From contig OZ316895.1 of the NCBI GenBank assembly GCA_973895155.1, positions 16,286,170 to 16,350,169 of the forward strand: a stretch of DNA of 64,000 bases, read 5' to 3'. Position 1 is the first letter of the stretch; every line of letters begins with the position of its first letter. Below are positions 38,858-51,069 of this stretch, piece by piece. The stretch comes from Marsupella aquatica. Lineage: Eukaryota; Plantae; Marchantiophyta. Made by a program: the position numbers and the translations under genes. The notes under the pieces were generated by a model. That model did not search any database and had not been told where the DNA came from. It worked only from the letters and a program-made list of their open reading frames with translations.

Positions 38858-40941
38858 GCAAAATTTGACAAAGGTTTGCATCCATCTCAAGAACAGAAAT
38901 TAAGCAGAGTCGCGGATGTGTGGTCATGAACGGGAGTGGATTTGTGTCCCTTAGATTAGAGAAAGATTCTATGTTTATATGGGATAATATGTAGGCTGAT
39001 CACACTCCAATTCTGAGATTTGGAGAAAAAACTGCGGAAACCTTGGTGCCAGGGACGACATTCTAGCGGCGGACCTTTCTTTGTTGTACTCTAGATGACA
39101 GCCAAGGATTTGGTAAGGAGTAGTCTCGCGGTTGCTTTGTCAGCCTGTTTCAGTTTCAAGGGCCAAACAAATGTGACATTTGCATGAGTATATACGAGCG
39201 TACTGGTCGGTCAACAGGAGGAGTGAATGTACGACAATTGAGGAATCACTCCTTCAGGTCGTGTAGGAACATGAGTCGTAGTTGGATAAGGTGATGGTGT
39301 CACATCCGATCCACAATTGGACACTGGAACGATCCCTGAAATTGATATGTTTTACAGTTATCATTGGTGTGATATGGGTACTCAACGATGACAGGACGAT
39401 GCCATTTGATATATACATCTGAATGTAGAGCATTCTCTACATTCTTGCAAATCCTAGTAGAAGAAGTCTTGGAATCTGCATTTACATGTAACATATGTCA
39501 GCTTTTCGTGTGTTGTGAAGATATTTTTAGTGAGTGTATATCTGAAGGTCCTATGAAGTCGGTATATGCCGTGCTTCTGCAGAAATGAGAAACCCGTTTA
39601 TTACCAAGCAACGACATTCATTCCCAACTTTTCATTCTCAAATTGTTGTTGGTTTTGGTGTTTGCTGGGGCACCCACACATTTAACAGAGACTCGGGTCT
39701 ACTACTATTTTAAAAACCTACTCAAATGGTGACGAGATTAGAAACACAGGCAGCTCCATTTACTGCTGTTTCAAATCTTGGTCACTTCAATGCGCATCTG
39801 CCTGATGGCCACAAAATAGACCCGACAGTCATGTACCTGTTTTGGCTGTGGGACGTCTCATTCATACAGAATGCAACTGACATCACTTCATCTAGTACCT
39901 GAAGTCTCCCAGACAGAGAATCGTTCTATCTGTACATAGGAGGTTGTCACAGAATTGTTATGTGGAAAGTTCCACGGAATCTGATTACGATTACTCATAA
40001 ACTATCGCTCGCTGTGCACTAGAGTAGATCCATATGAAAATACAGTTGTCCGCACTATTCAAAACATTAAAATATGTACATGATTTAGTGAACAACATGG
40101 CTGATCAGTCACTCTTGCCTGGCATCGAAATTCCCGATGAATTTGTTTGTTTGTTTGTGTCATGGCTCCACACTATCATCCGGCAGCAACTTACTCTTCG
40201 CAACCTCCCTTAGTTAGTCTGTGACGTGTAAAGCTTCTACGAGCAGAACAACGAGCTTGCTAAAATTTGCTGCAATTTCGGATTCACTTTTTGTTCAACG
40301 CAACAGATTTGAGACCACCAGCGATCGAGGTTGCCTCCCTCCTAGCTAGTAGCTCTGAGCCCGGCCAGCGGCCGCCTCTTCACTCCACGATTCGTGCGCA
40401 GTTGGGGGCTGAAAGATCTTCTCCGAGACTACCGCCGGCATTCTGTATCGCTAAACCCATGCCAGGGCCGGTCTAGCCAGACCACGCTGGCTCCTCATTT
40501 AGTTAATTGGTGCCAGCTGCGTACCGTAGCATTTCGAGGTAAAGTTTTCCGCTGGTTACTCTCCCCTTCTCTCATTGTCATCGTGCCTTCGGACGTGTTT
40601 ACTACCGTATGCCTCGAACTATTCCCCAATTTAACAACGCCTTCCTTCTTGGATGAAAATCTTGCAGTCCAATCCGTTCAGTCATTGCACGATTAGAACC
40701 CATTTGTCCCACTGGAACTCTTGATGTTAAAGTTTCTGAATGATCAGAGCCCTCATCACGAAGTTCCGTTGCCATCTCTCGTAGATTGACGTCAAGTTCA
40801 GCAGCTTCGAACTGAATACACTCTCCTTCTCTAATACTCGAGCTTCTGATCAGACTGGCTCGTTTTAGATCTGGAGTCGGCCCCACTCCGGTGAGTTGTA
40901 GTTTACAGTGTTCGAGATAGAGAGAGCCAGCGAGAGAGAGA

Positions 40942-41169
40942 ATGACAATATATATACCGTATCCTTGCGAGTGCGGGAATCCGGACAACCCATGTAGATG
41001 CAAGTGCATTGCGCCATCGCTGGCGCTGGCGTGCTTCTGTCTCGCGGCCTGCATCGAATGGCCCGTAGGAGCGGTCGTCTGGCTGTTCAACAGTAGCAAG
41101 GGGGAGAAGTTAATGGGCCACCCAGCGATGGTGGTCTATCCCACTGTGAAAGACATCATTCCCTTCTAA
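40942..41169 (+). CDS. Small Cys-rich hydrophobic protein (75 aa), intronless, uncharacterised plant family
   Basis: MTIYIPYPCECGNPDNPCRCKCIAPSLALACFCLAACIEWPVGAVVWLF...HPAMVVYPTVKDIIPF; GC-rich coding-like composition after a GA-rich leader; WPVGA and VVYP..IP recalled from a small conserved plant family. Confidence 0.75.
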   Translation: MTIYIPYPCECGNPDNPCRCKCIAPSLALACFCLAACIEWPVGAVVWLFNSSKGEKLMGHPAMVVYPTVKDIIPF

Positions 41170-44100
41170 AGAAACGTATCGATCCTTCGCAACGCCACGT
41201 CAAGCCAATACGCTTCAGTCGATCGTTGGTATCATTACATGGAACTTCAGCATTGATTTCATCCGTGTTTCATATTTGTCAGTCATTTATACAGTACTTA
41301 ACCACGACAATGAATCTGCTCCTGGTACATTCTAAGTTCCAGCATGACAAGAGTTGGAAGGAGGTATATGGATAGTGTGAAGTTACCAATTCGAAGAATT
41401 GCAGGAGACCCGGGTGCTCCGTCGATGTGCTTCTTCTCGATCCAGGGCTTGCAGCTGTCACTGGTGAACCGTAGGTGTTCGAACGAGGTCCTCACCAAGC
41501 TGGATCCAGCAAGGTGAACTGTTTCAGGATACACTTCGAATTGAAGAGATACTCAGATGACATGTGCGAATTCCGAACTGCAGGGCGATCGTGCAAGTTT
41601 TGGAGCACAATCGATCGAGGTCTGTCTAGAAGAACTTTGCATGTTCATACTTCCATGACGCTGCTGCAGTGGCCAGGAGATCGCAATGTTCCGATTTCAA
41701 GCCCAACGATACATGGAATACCTTGTCAAATTGATAACTATTTGCATTGCTTCACAATGTTTGGAAACTTGATCATTGTAGCCACAAATAGGGCGAGACA
41801 GTAGTGTAAGACTTGGGTTCGTCCTGTATTATTTTTAGTGCTGGGAAAAAGATGGATGGATCACTTCTTAAACGGAGCCCCCAATCTGAATTGCGCCTTT
41901 ATATTTTCGTTGGATGCAATGTGATCGGAGATTTACTTGAAAATGTTACATGTGGGGAATTGAAAGGATAAATTCTTAAAAGTTGCGTCACGAGTTTGCC
42001 GCCTTCGTCTCATTTTTCTCTCAAGGTCAGGCGTGCATGTCTGAAAGAGCTTGCAATGATGTGTCAAATCAGACCCGTTTGCAATCCCTCGTCCGAGTTT
42101 TGACATCGCACGTTTACTAGTTTGAGGTAGGTCATTCATTCAATTGTCAGCTTTCTAGTTTTCGTTTGCTCTGCCCCTCTCGGCCTCTTGTGATTAATTA
42201 ACTTTCATCGCTTTTTGTTTTCAACCTTGGTTGTCTGGATCCATGCAATAGACTTTCAAACACTGACTTCTAGACAGCACTACCAAATGTAGCTCGCACT
42301 TTCTGTCACTCAATCTTGGTTTCTGGTGTTCAACATACACTCCAAAGCAGTACTGCCCAGTGATTGAGATCGAGCATGCCATGCGAAGGACGCTTTCAAT
42401 CATAATGTTGCTCGACCTTAGCGAATAGCGAGTATCAGGAATCAAGCTGGGCTAGCTGCATGCTTGCTGTTAGTAGGAGGTCGTGATGCAGAGGAACCTG
42501 GAAAGACATGCGTCGTTCATGCGGTTCTACACTAACTTCCACCTTCTCATCATTGACATTGGCATGGTACAAACACTGTACCTTGTTTTTCGGCTGCATC
42601 ATTATAAGCTGTAGCAGCCAGCATGCCTCTAAAGTGCTCGATGGTTTTAACTGTTTCCATAGACTCAATAGGTGTCGATCCTCAGCAGAATGTGTTCGAG
42701 CAGCTGTGATCTCGTGATGATGATGATTATGGACCGTATTAATCCGTGTAACACTACTCACAACCTTAGCACTGCATTGTATGTGAGATCATACCGTATC
42801 TTAATCCCCTTCACCTGGTTACGAGGATTCTCCTCTAGTTCTACTAAAATTAATAAAATTGAAAATCGCCTTTTAAATGTATTAAGGTACTGTTTTCCGA
42901 GAAAATGATGCTCCCATGGACACTAGACAAAAACCATACCATTGGGAAACCATACCATTGGGATGGACTAATTGGGAATATTCTCTGTCACATTGTGATT
43001 ACAATGCAATCCGTCTGAGTTGCAAAAATCTATGGGAGCATTTTGACAAACCTAGAGGTCTATCCGGGTTTCAAGAGTTTTCTTTTTGTGCAAGTGGGGT
43101 TGTCATCGTTAGTGAAGGTGAAGATGCTCCTAATATTGCTTATCAAATATTCCTGGATCATTTTCTGACCATTAGATCTCCCTGGATTTAAGGATGACCA
43201 TCAAATTCTGACAAATGGTCTTGGTCTAGGTCTGTGGGAGAACAAGGTAAGCTCCATTCTGGCTGGACTTAATTATATCTAAGAGCCATCCAAGTTTCAG
43301 GAATGATTTTCATAATTCTCTGGCTGTAATTCAGGGCCCAGGGCAATACATTCTTTCATTATTTTTCTATGACACAACACAGGGTAATTAAACTTTTCTC
43401 CATATCTCATCAATATGACTTCAGAAATGATGTAAAGCAAGCTGCAGTGTAGAAAAGGGGCCTTATTCAAATGCTCCCTTGCCGGTAAACCCACCTAGCA
43501 AGATAACGATTGCTCTTCATTCCCATAATATTCCTACAATCAAGGGAAAGTTGAATCAGGAGGGCTTCCAACTCAGCATATCTTGAAGCATGTTGATCAA
43601 CCACTCACACCACCAGAAGAGGCTTGCTGCTATATATGCTCCACTCACTGATATTTACAGTGGATAGTTTGTTGACAGGCTTTATTCCCACACTTCTTGC
43701 ATATCAATTGTGCTCTGTATCTGAACTTCAATTAAATAGAAAAAATCAACCAAAAATTCCTGCTATAGGGCATGCGCGCTAGGGCCATCCTGGTTCATGG
43801 AAGTGTTTTCAACTATATTAGACCTATTTGTATACTCATGACTTTGTGCTTGTTTTGAAAAACTTTGCAAAGCATGTTTAAATCAATTTGGCTGACAAAG
43901 AGGTTCCATGAAAATCTTTTCCTCCAGTTTTTTGGTCAAGCAAGAGTCACCAGTCATCCCTGGTTAGGAAAGTTTGTCGACAGGCTCAACTGCTGTCCAA
44001 AGCTGCACAAAGAGGCACCAAATGAAGCACTGGTACATGGCTAGGCTTGAAAAGTGTGAATGGTAAGATGATCACAACTCATCAACACACATAGTTGTGA

Positions 44101-44249
44101 AAGATGTTTTGAAGGCCCATCAAGCCTCACAAATAGAAGAACAGCTATAAGTAGATAAGGTAGTTATATCTTGGTAACTATAACTTGATGGGAACTATTT
44201 CTTTTAGATAGAAAGTTAGTAAACAGTCACATGTCCTTGCTTGGCTCAT

Positions 44250-45250
44250 AGTTGCCATGAATATATTTGTGAAGCTAGACACTTCAACAATACAAATCTT
44301 GAACTTTCCTCAGTAACAATAGACAGTGAGTTTGGTGGTTTTCTAGAGTTCAAGACCTTCCTTCCGTGCGCACTAACCCTCTCTCACATCAAAGTGCTTC
44401 CACATGAGCTCAATCTCTTCCAAAGGAGCCCCTGCCCCCAATCCCACCCAAAACCACTAACCTCTCTTTTGGCATACATGCTCCTACATGAGCTCTCGTC
44501 CAAAAGAGTGCTCATAGAGCTATGAGCCAATTCTAGGCAAAGTTCTAATAAAACTTTTGTAGATTTTCAAGGTACACCAATTGATAGGATATGTACATTT
44601 AGTTACAAATAAGCACTCAGGAGAGCCCATTCTGTCACCAACTTCATCCATCCAATATGGAATGGAGTGGGTCTGATTTCTGCATGTATGGACATTAATT
44701 CTGTCCAAGGCCAAACCACTTATAGCTTTCTTGAGTAGGGACTCATAAATCTTGAGTTCAAAATGTTGTAATTGGCCTTTTCCATGGGGTTCCACGGATT
44801 TCCCCTCAAAATAAAAATTAAAAATGTAGTCCATATTTTTAGACCCTATCAGCCGTTGTTCTGGCCCGCCCCACAGTCCATTTCAGGGAAACTGCAATGT
44901 GGACCTACAGAAACTGAAACCCCTACGTTGCAGGAGGGTGAACATTGATTGTAAGTTCAAAATTGATTTGGAGTTGTAGTGAAAAATGATGGGTCCACTC
45001 CTCCAATTCATTAAGCTCTGTAAAGTCAGACCAGCAGACTATCAGCACCACTGATCCTTCTTCAAGTTCTGGAGATTCAAACAGATAGAGAATGAAATCT
45101 CCAGTGACTATAGTTTCCTTTGGATGAATGTTATGTAAAGCCACCCATGTCCATGCCTGGGAAAAGCAATGGGACTAACAATATTGAAGTTTTACTTCCA
45201 TTCAAGCATGGAAGTTAGCTATATATGAGCTAGTTTCAAGGGTTCCTTAG
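44250..45250 (-). mobile_element. Decayed L1-type LINE ORF2 endonuclease relic; boundaries approximate
   Basis: Broken frames give WTWVAL...TIVTGDF and LALDRINV, in the order and spacing of the APE-domain GDFN and RLDR motifs; many stops. Confidence 0.45.
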
Positions 45251-45761
45251 AGAGCAAGGTGGAGAAATCACACTGGGTGTTTTGACATTATTGTCTAGAA
45301 CAGCGTCCCTATTGCTTGACCCTGCATTTTGTATGGACCCCTCTTATGCCCACATTTGAAACCCCCTTAAAAACTTCTAGACTATCTTTTGTGTAAATAC
45401 AAGATCCATTTGTTCAAGACCACATTCCCAAAGGTCCACACATACCTATATCTATCTATCAATCAAGTCCGAGAATGATTTAGGGAAATTCTATGAAGGT
45501 ACTGCCTGAGGTATTCTCTTTGTTCCTTTCTTTGAAGTAGCTCCTACGAATGGCTTTTGTTGTTAGCTGCGCTTTGATTCCCTCAGAAGATGCCATAATC
45601 ACAGGTTTGTCCTAGTATGTCAACATTTTAAACCCCCTCCAAGACATTTCAGTACTCAATTGTGTGTGAGCCGTGCTCATCTTAAGCCCCCAAAACATTT
45701 AGGGTGATGTGGGGGGACGGCTGGCCTATACTACTTCTGACCATACCCCCCCCCCGGAAAT

Positions 45762-46146
45762 TGTTGGGTATTTACTCTTACGTCTAGGTTAGGTATGACG
45801 TGGTTGGTACAACAACGTGGGTTGGTACAACTATGTGGTTAGGTACAACTACGTGATTAGGTACAACTATGTGGTTAGGTACAACTAAGTTGCACACTAT
45901 ATCATAAGAGACATGTGTGCTTGGAGAGGTAGAACCAAGGCTCATTGTTATGGAGCCACTTGAGAGATAGGGAGAGCTTACACTGTGGAGACTCGGTATA
46001 GCCGACGGGCTTAGAGTTCAGTAAAACTCTCTTGTGTGTTCCCGTGGACGTAGCCTCAAGGAGGTGAACCACGTATCTCTTGTGTCGACTATTGTGCGTT
46101 GGATGGTTCATGGGCTTGCCGTTGCGATCGTCGTCTATGCTCAACA
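45762..46146 (+). mobile_element. Solo LTR (385 bp) of the copia family at 57926
   Basis: TG...CA ends, GAAAT TSD at 45757-45761 and 46147-46151, near-identical to the reverse complement of 57926-58400 apart from 90 bp (5 x 18-bp units) and ~2 substitutions. Confidence 0.97.
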
Positions 46147-47143
46147 GAAATCAACAGTCTAGATCAAAAGTCTGTATCCCCGTTCCCTCCAAAACATGAC
46201 TTCCAGCAGGGTCACTCTCTAGATTCCACCCCTCTAAAAAGTCTTGGCCACTTTTGGCTAAAATCCACTACCTCTCTGTGTTGGATTAGCTAGTTCTCAC
46301 CTAGCCACCCCCTTAGCCAGCATCTAACGGGCAATCTTGAATCTAGGGAGATCTGAAGGTCAGAAAGTAAGCTAGGAAAACTAGATAAGGACTACTCCTA
46401 GCCACTCTAAAAAAATTGAAAAACCTTTAAAATAATGATGCCGTGATTGGCAAATTAGTCAGTAGGCTACCCACGAGAGTCAATGAAAATGAATGGCCCC
46501 AATGTCTTTTATGTAGTCTAGTGATCTTGCATCTGATCAGGTTCTCATTTTATATCACTGTCCTAGCCTTTAGCTGTAGTCCCTACTCTATAGCTATGTA
46601 CCAAATGCTCTCTGATGAGTTTGCATCGTACTCAGCACCATTCCACGCTCCTTCCTCTCCTCCTTCTTTCCACCTCACAGAAACGCACCGTTTCTTCTTT
46701 CCAGGGTTTGTCTTTCCTACTTTTCCTCTGATCAGTCCCTTGCACTCCCAGGCCTGAGGTATTGTGTGATACAAGCACATTGGAATTTGTGCAAGTGGGG
46801 AGTATTGTTCTATTTCACATGAGCGATTTTTAGTGCCTTCTGATTTTGCTGACTTTTTTTATTTCTAGCACGTTTCTAAGGCTCCATGTACTGAGTGAGT
46901 TTGCGAGCTAACAGAGGAGTCCCAATATTGGGTTTTACTAAAAAATGATATAATAGTTAAGAGATTTCAAATAAGGTTTTGGCTACAGTAGCTAGGAACT
47001 AAGTTTCCTAGAAGTGGCGTATATTTCGGGAGTTTCATCCTAAAGGGGAAAAAAATAGTGTAATGAGGAATGGTTTTCCTCTTACAGGATTTTTTTCTTG
47101 TTTGCTCGAATGCCACAACTACCCCTCTGGCCTTCTATAGTCA

Positions 47144-48060
47144 ATCTACTAAAATCTAGCTATATAATGGTCATGTGAACTTACCCATGGGGATCTACAA
47201 TCTAGAGTGAAGTCTCTAGACCATGACACTGGGCATAACTAAAATTCAAAGTGCTAGTGAAAAACAGGGTTTGGGGGCAAAGGTGAGAGAGCTGGGGAAG
47301 CAGGTGGAAAACAGAGATTGGCGGCAGGGCTGGGTGACTATAAAATGGCCACAGTAGGCTTTTAAGCAGGGTGAATGTAGTCTACTTACATTTAAAAATG
47401 GGCACTCAGGCTAGGAAAAGCTAGCTATTTGGTATTGCAAGTGAACCTACTCTTCAAGTCCTATGGTCAAGAGTGAGGCCTCTAGACTTGACTCTGGGGC
47501 ATAACTAAAATTGAACTAAAATTGAAGCTGGAAAATGGGTGTAACTAGAGTTGAAGCTGGAAAATGAGGATTGGCGGGAGGGTGAGTCTCTGAACATGGT
47601 GCACCATGTGAAGAGTCATTGAAAACCAATTGAGCCTGAATGGGTGAAGAGGTAGTGGACTCAAATGTACTCACCTCTATTTAAATTCAAAGAAAGGGCA
47701 ATCTGCCTAGTTTCATATAGATTATGTTCATTGCCAGAGGGGAAGGACGACTTTCTGTCCTTTGCTCAGTCCCTTGCATTTCTCCCAGCCCTTCAGAAAT
47801 AAGATATGGATTAAATAATCCGTCGCCAGAGGAAATGTCTTTCAGTCCTCTCCCCTGCAGCAGTCGCTTCTTCAGAGATTGTCGTAATATAAAAGGGCAG
47901 ATGGATGAAATCTATTGCTAGACTGGGTTGGGTCAGGTCAGGTAGCTGCTACTGGGCTGGATAGACAGGGCAGAGAGACAGAGATAGAGATCCAGGTCCT
48001 AAACTCGTGAGAACCATGCCTAAGGAGTGATGAAGCGTAGCGTAGCGTTCTTTCAGTCAA
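47144..48060. repeat. Dispersed repeat cluster related to the Helitron-like family
   Basis: TCTAGAGTGAAGTCTCTAGACC..GGGCATAACTAAAATT at ~47201 and again at ~47470; inverted homology to ~24940-25130. Confidence 0.5.
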
Positions 48061-51000
48061 CTTACTGAACTCCTCAATTAATGGTGGAGATTGCTTCTGG
48101 GCTCGCGGATGGATTTCTCTTGAATCTGCTCTCGGCTGTGATGATGGGCGATGAGCAGGATGACGATGAGCTGAGTGATTTTTCATGTAGAATTGGATCT
48201 AGACTACGGTAGCGTAGCAGTAGGCAGAAGAGCCAGAGAAGAGCCAGAGACGAGGCAGGGCAGGAAGCGTGAGGGAGAGAGGGTCCTGAAGGAATGATAC
48301 GGAAATTGGTGGTGACTTGGTGGCTTTGGAATGGAGCACAGCAGAGCTCCTCTTTTCAGGAAGATTGCATTTCTTTACGAGCAGAGAGAAGGAAGAGGAG
48401 GGAGGAGGGACGGGGCGACAAGACTGATGACGGCTTCGCGCGCAGAAGACGGGGAAAATTGGGCTTCCTCCTATTAATTACGCGCCGCTGGTGGAGTGCA
48501 TTAATTCTCGTCGACACCCGCGCGCTCTTGGTGTCGTGGTTATGCTGCACTACTGCTGTTGCAGTGCTGCTCTGCTCAGCTGCTGATCTCCTCCCTGGCC
48601 GCCCTGCTCTGGTCGTTCTGTGGATTTGGTCTGTTTCTCCGAAAGCCTTGATGTCGGAGACGTTAAGTCGGGGGAGAGAGGTTGAATGGGAGGAGAGACG
48701 AGGAACAATTCCCGAGGAATGGAGCATGGCGTTCTTGCTGTTCCTCCCTGCTGCAAGCCTGCAACATTGGGGCTGGGGCTGGAGCTGGAAGGATACGGCA
48801 CAACGAGACCGGAGAGATAAAGAGAGAGAGCAGCTAATAGTTGAGGGGATTTGTGCGTAATTCAGGAGTGATTTTGCATCCTTGAGGCAGCTGCAATTCT
48901 GAGACGGTGTGGGAGGAACAGGAACCAGCAGCCTGGGGGCGGGGGGTGGGAGGGTAGGGGGAAGAGACAGAGAATGTGGTGTGAACTCACCTGATATCTG
49001 GCTGGCAGAAGGGTGGGGGCGGGGAAGGAGGGGGGCGGTAGGGGGGGGCAGAATGCAGGAGCTCTGCACGGAGAATGGAGGGAATGGAAGACACAGGATT
49101 GAATGTGGATGACAATGAGTGAGCTTGCATAGACGAGCTTGGAAGGTGAGGTCTCCTGATGTGATGTGGTTCATGACACGAGTTTGACTGCTCTGTCTGC
49201 ACAGCGCATGAATGGCAAGGTAGGCAAATACCGAACCCAGCTGCAATTCGAAGACGTGGAATGCGATTTCGTGCTCGGCAATTGGAAGCAGTGGAGAGAT
49301 ACAAATCGAGAGGGAAGGGAGTGTTGTGGGGCCTCACATTTGGTCGCAGTCTCATGGTCATTGATCACAGCAGAAGGGTTAGATTCCTGCGTTGCATTTG
49401 AGTCCGTTGCATTTGAGAGGACGACATGCTGGTGAAGCTGGAAGTGCTGTGTGACTATATTTCCATTAGATATGTGAATCGCTGAGTGAGGAAGAGCTGC
49501 AATTGAAGAGGAAGGAGAGCCTCACCATCTATTCATGACTGACTGCCCTTGATTGTAAAGGGGAGAACGCAACACTCATTTGCAGCGTGTAGCAAGACAG
49601 GGCCAGTTCATTCGTTGACCAGATAAACATCCAGGGAGCAGGATTCAGGAGCGAATTGGAGTATTGAATGCAGGGTATGCATGGTGGCTCCTTCCACAAG
49701 GGGGTAGTGCAATTGCCTTCGAATGCCAGTAGCTGGAGAGCCCAGCTGCGGAGGGTAGTGCTTCCGTTCGCAACGTCCTCAATCTTGGCCAGGTTTTAGG
49801 ATTCTGTCCATGCATGCAACCTTTCTCTTTCCCTCTTGCTCGACTACTTGTTCGCCACCATCGTTGAAAGTTCTCTTGATTTCTTGAACTCTTTGCAAAC
49901 CCGTTATTCCTTTCCAACAGTCCCCTGCACTACAATTCTTTTTCTTAACCTGTCGTCGGTTGTTATCCTCGGAGCGTGGGCTTCTACTCGTCCCTTTCAG
50001 ATAAGTATTGTTTGGTGTTTTCTCCCTCGCCCCGGACGGCCAGCATTGGTAATTCGTGCTTAAAACTGCGACAGGACGAAGGGCAACACTACTCCCGATT
50101 CGCGCGTGAACGCACTCTCTGGGATGGCAACCAATGATGTACTGTAGTTCCTTGATGAGTCCTAAATACTATGACTCGTGTGCTGTATCTGGTGGTGAAT
50201 CATAGCGCTGTCCAGTGTCTCTGGCCATAAATTCGGTTCTTCATTCTTCCTGTCCCAGACGAGAAATGCAGTCAAAGACGTCGTGTGTGCGTTAGAAACG
50301 ATGATCAGTGTGTGGAGTTGCCAAGGTCCGTAGCCACTTCAGTCACTCGTAGAATCTTAACTGGAGCTTGGACAAGGTATCCTCGTTCATTCACAGTTGA
50401 GGGAACATCAGTTGTGGGTATGAGCCACATCCCTGATCATTTTCTGCTCGCGGTGAGCAATCAGTGCTTTTCGACATATCAATCTCAGAGAACGGCAAGG
50501 GCATTCGCTTTCTGTCAATGCTACACCTACTCCATCACTCCTTGGAGTGCATTGTAAGTCGGTTCATTCGATATACATCCCTGTCACTGGATCAGGAAAT
50601 GGGTCAGAGCTTGGAGCAACCATACCGAGCAAACTTTCTTCCACGCTGAGTCCGTCCACTAGTTCCTCTTTGTGCGGGCTGTCGGTGTCTATTGTCACTA
50701 ACGGAATTTGCTTTGCTACTGTCCATCTTCAGTGACGGTTCCTGTGACGTGCACTGCATTGCATTTGGCACACTGCGGAGTAGAGTATTGATCAACAAAT
50801 CGTGTACACTGCACTGCCGGCGTGGGTTTTGATCGTGGTAAGCGTTGAGATTGTGCAGGAGTTGCCTTGCAGGAATAGGAGCTGTGTTCTCGTCTGCTGG
50901 TGAGCCGTCGCTGTGGTTACGCTTCTGGCCGCCGGATAGAAGAAGCCGTCATCCAGGATTGTATTTGTCCTTGGAACTGGCCCTCCACAGACCTTCGTCG

Positions 51001-51069
51001 ACGTCCCAACGGAACTGGAAAATCTCCGGGACTCCTGAGTTCCAGACTACCAGGCTGCTGTCTGCACCG

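Noticed and set aside
42435-42761. Possible small spliced peptide gene on the minus strand
   Set aside because: A plausible GT-AG intron exists, but the frame is ambiguous and there is no signal peptide or known peptide motif.
48294-49435. Long overlapping ORFs (296 aa minus, 188 aa plus)
   Set aside because: GA/CT-rich low-complexity sequence with near-cognate starts and no domain; looks like leader or repeat-internal DNA.
49625-49645. Partial resemblance to miR160 on the minus strand
   Set aside because: Several mismatches and no evident precursor hairpin.
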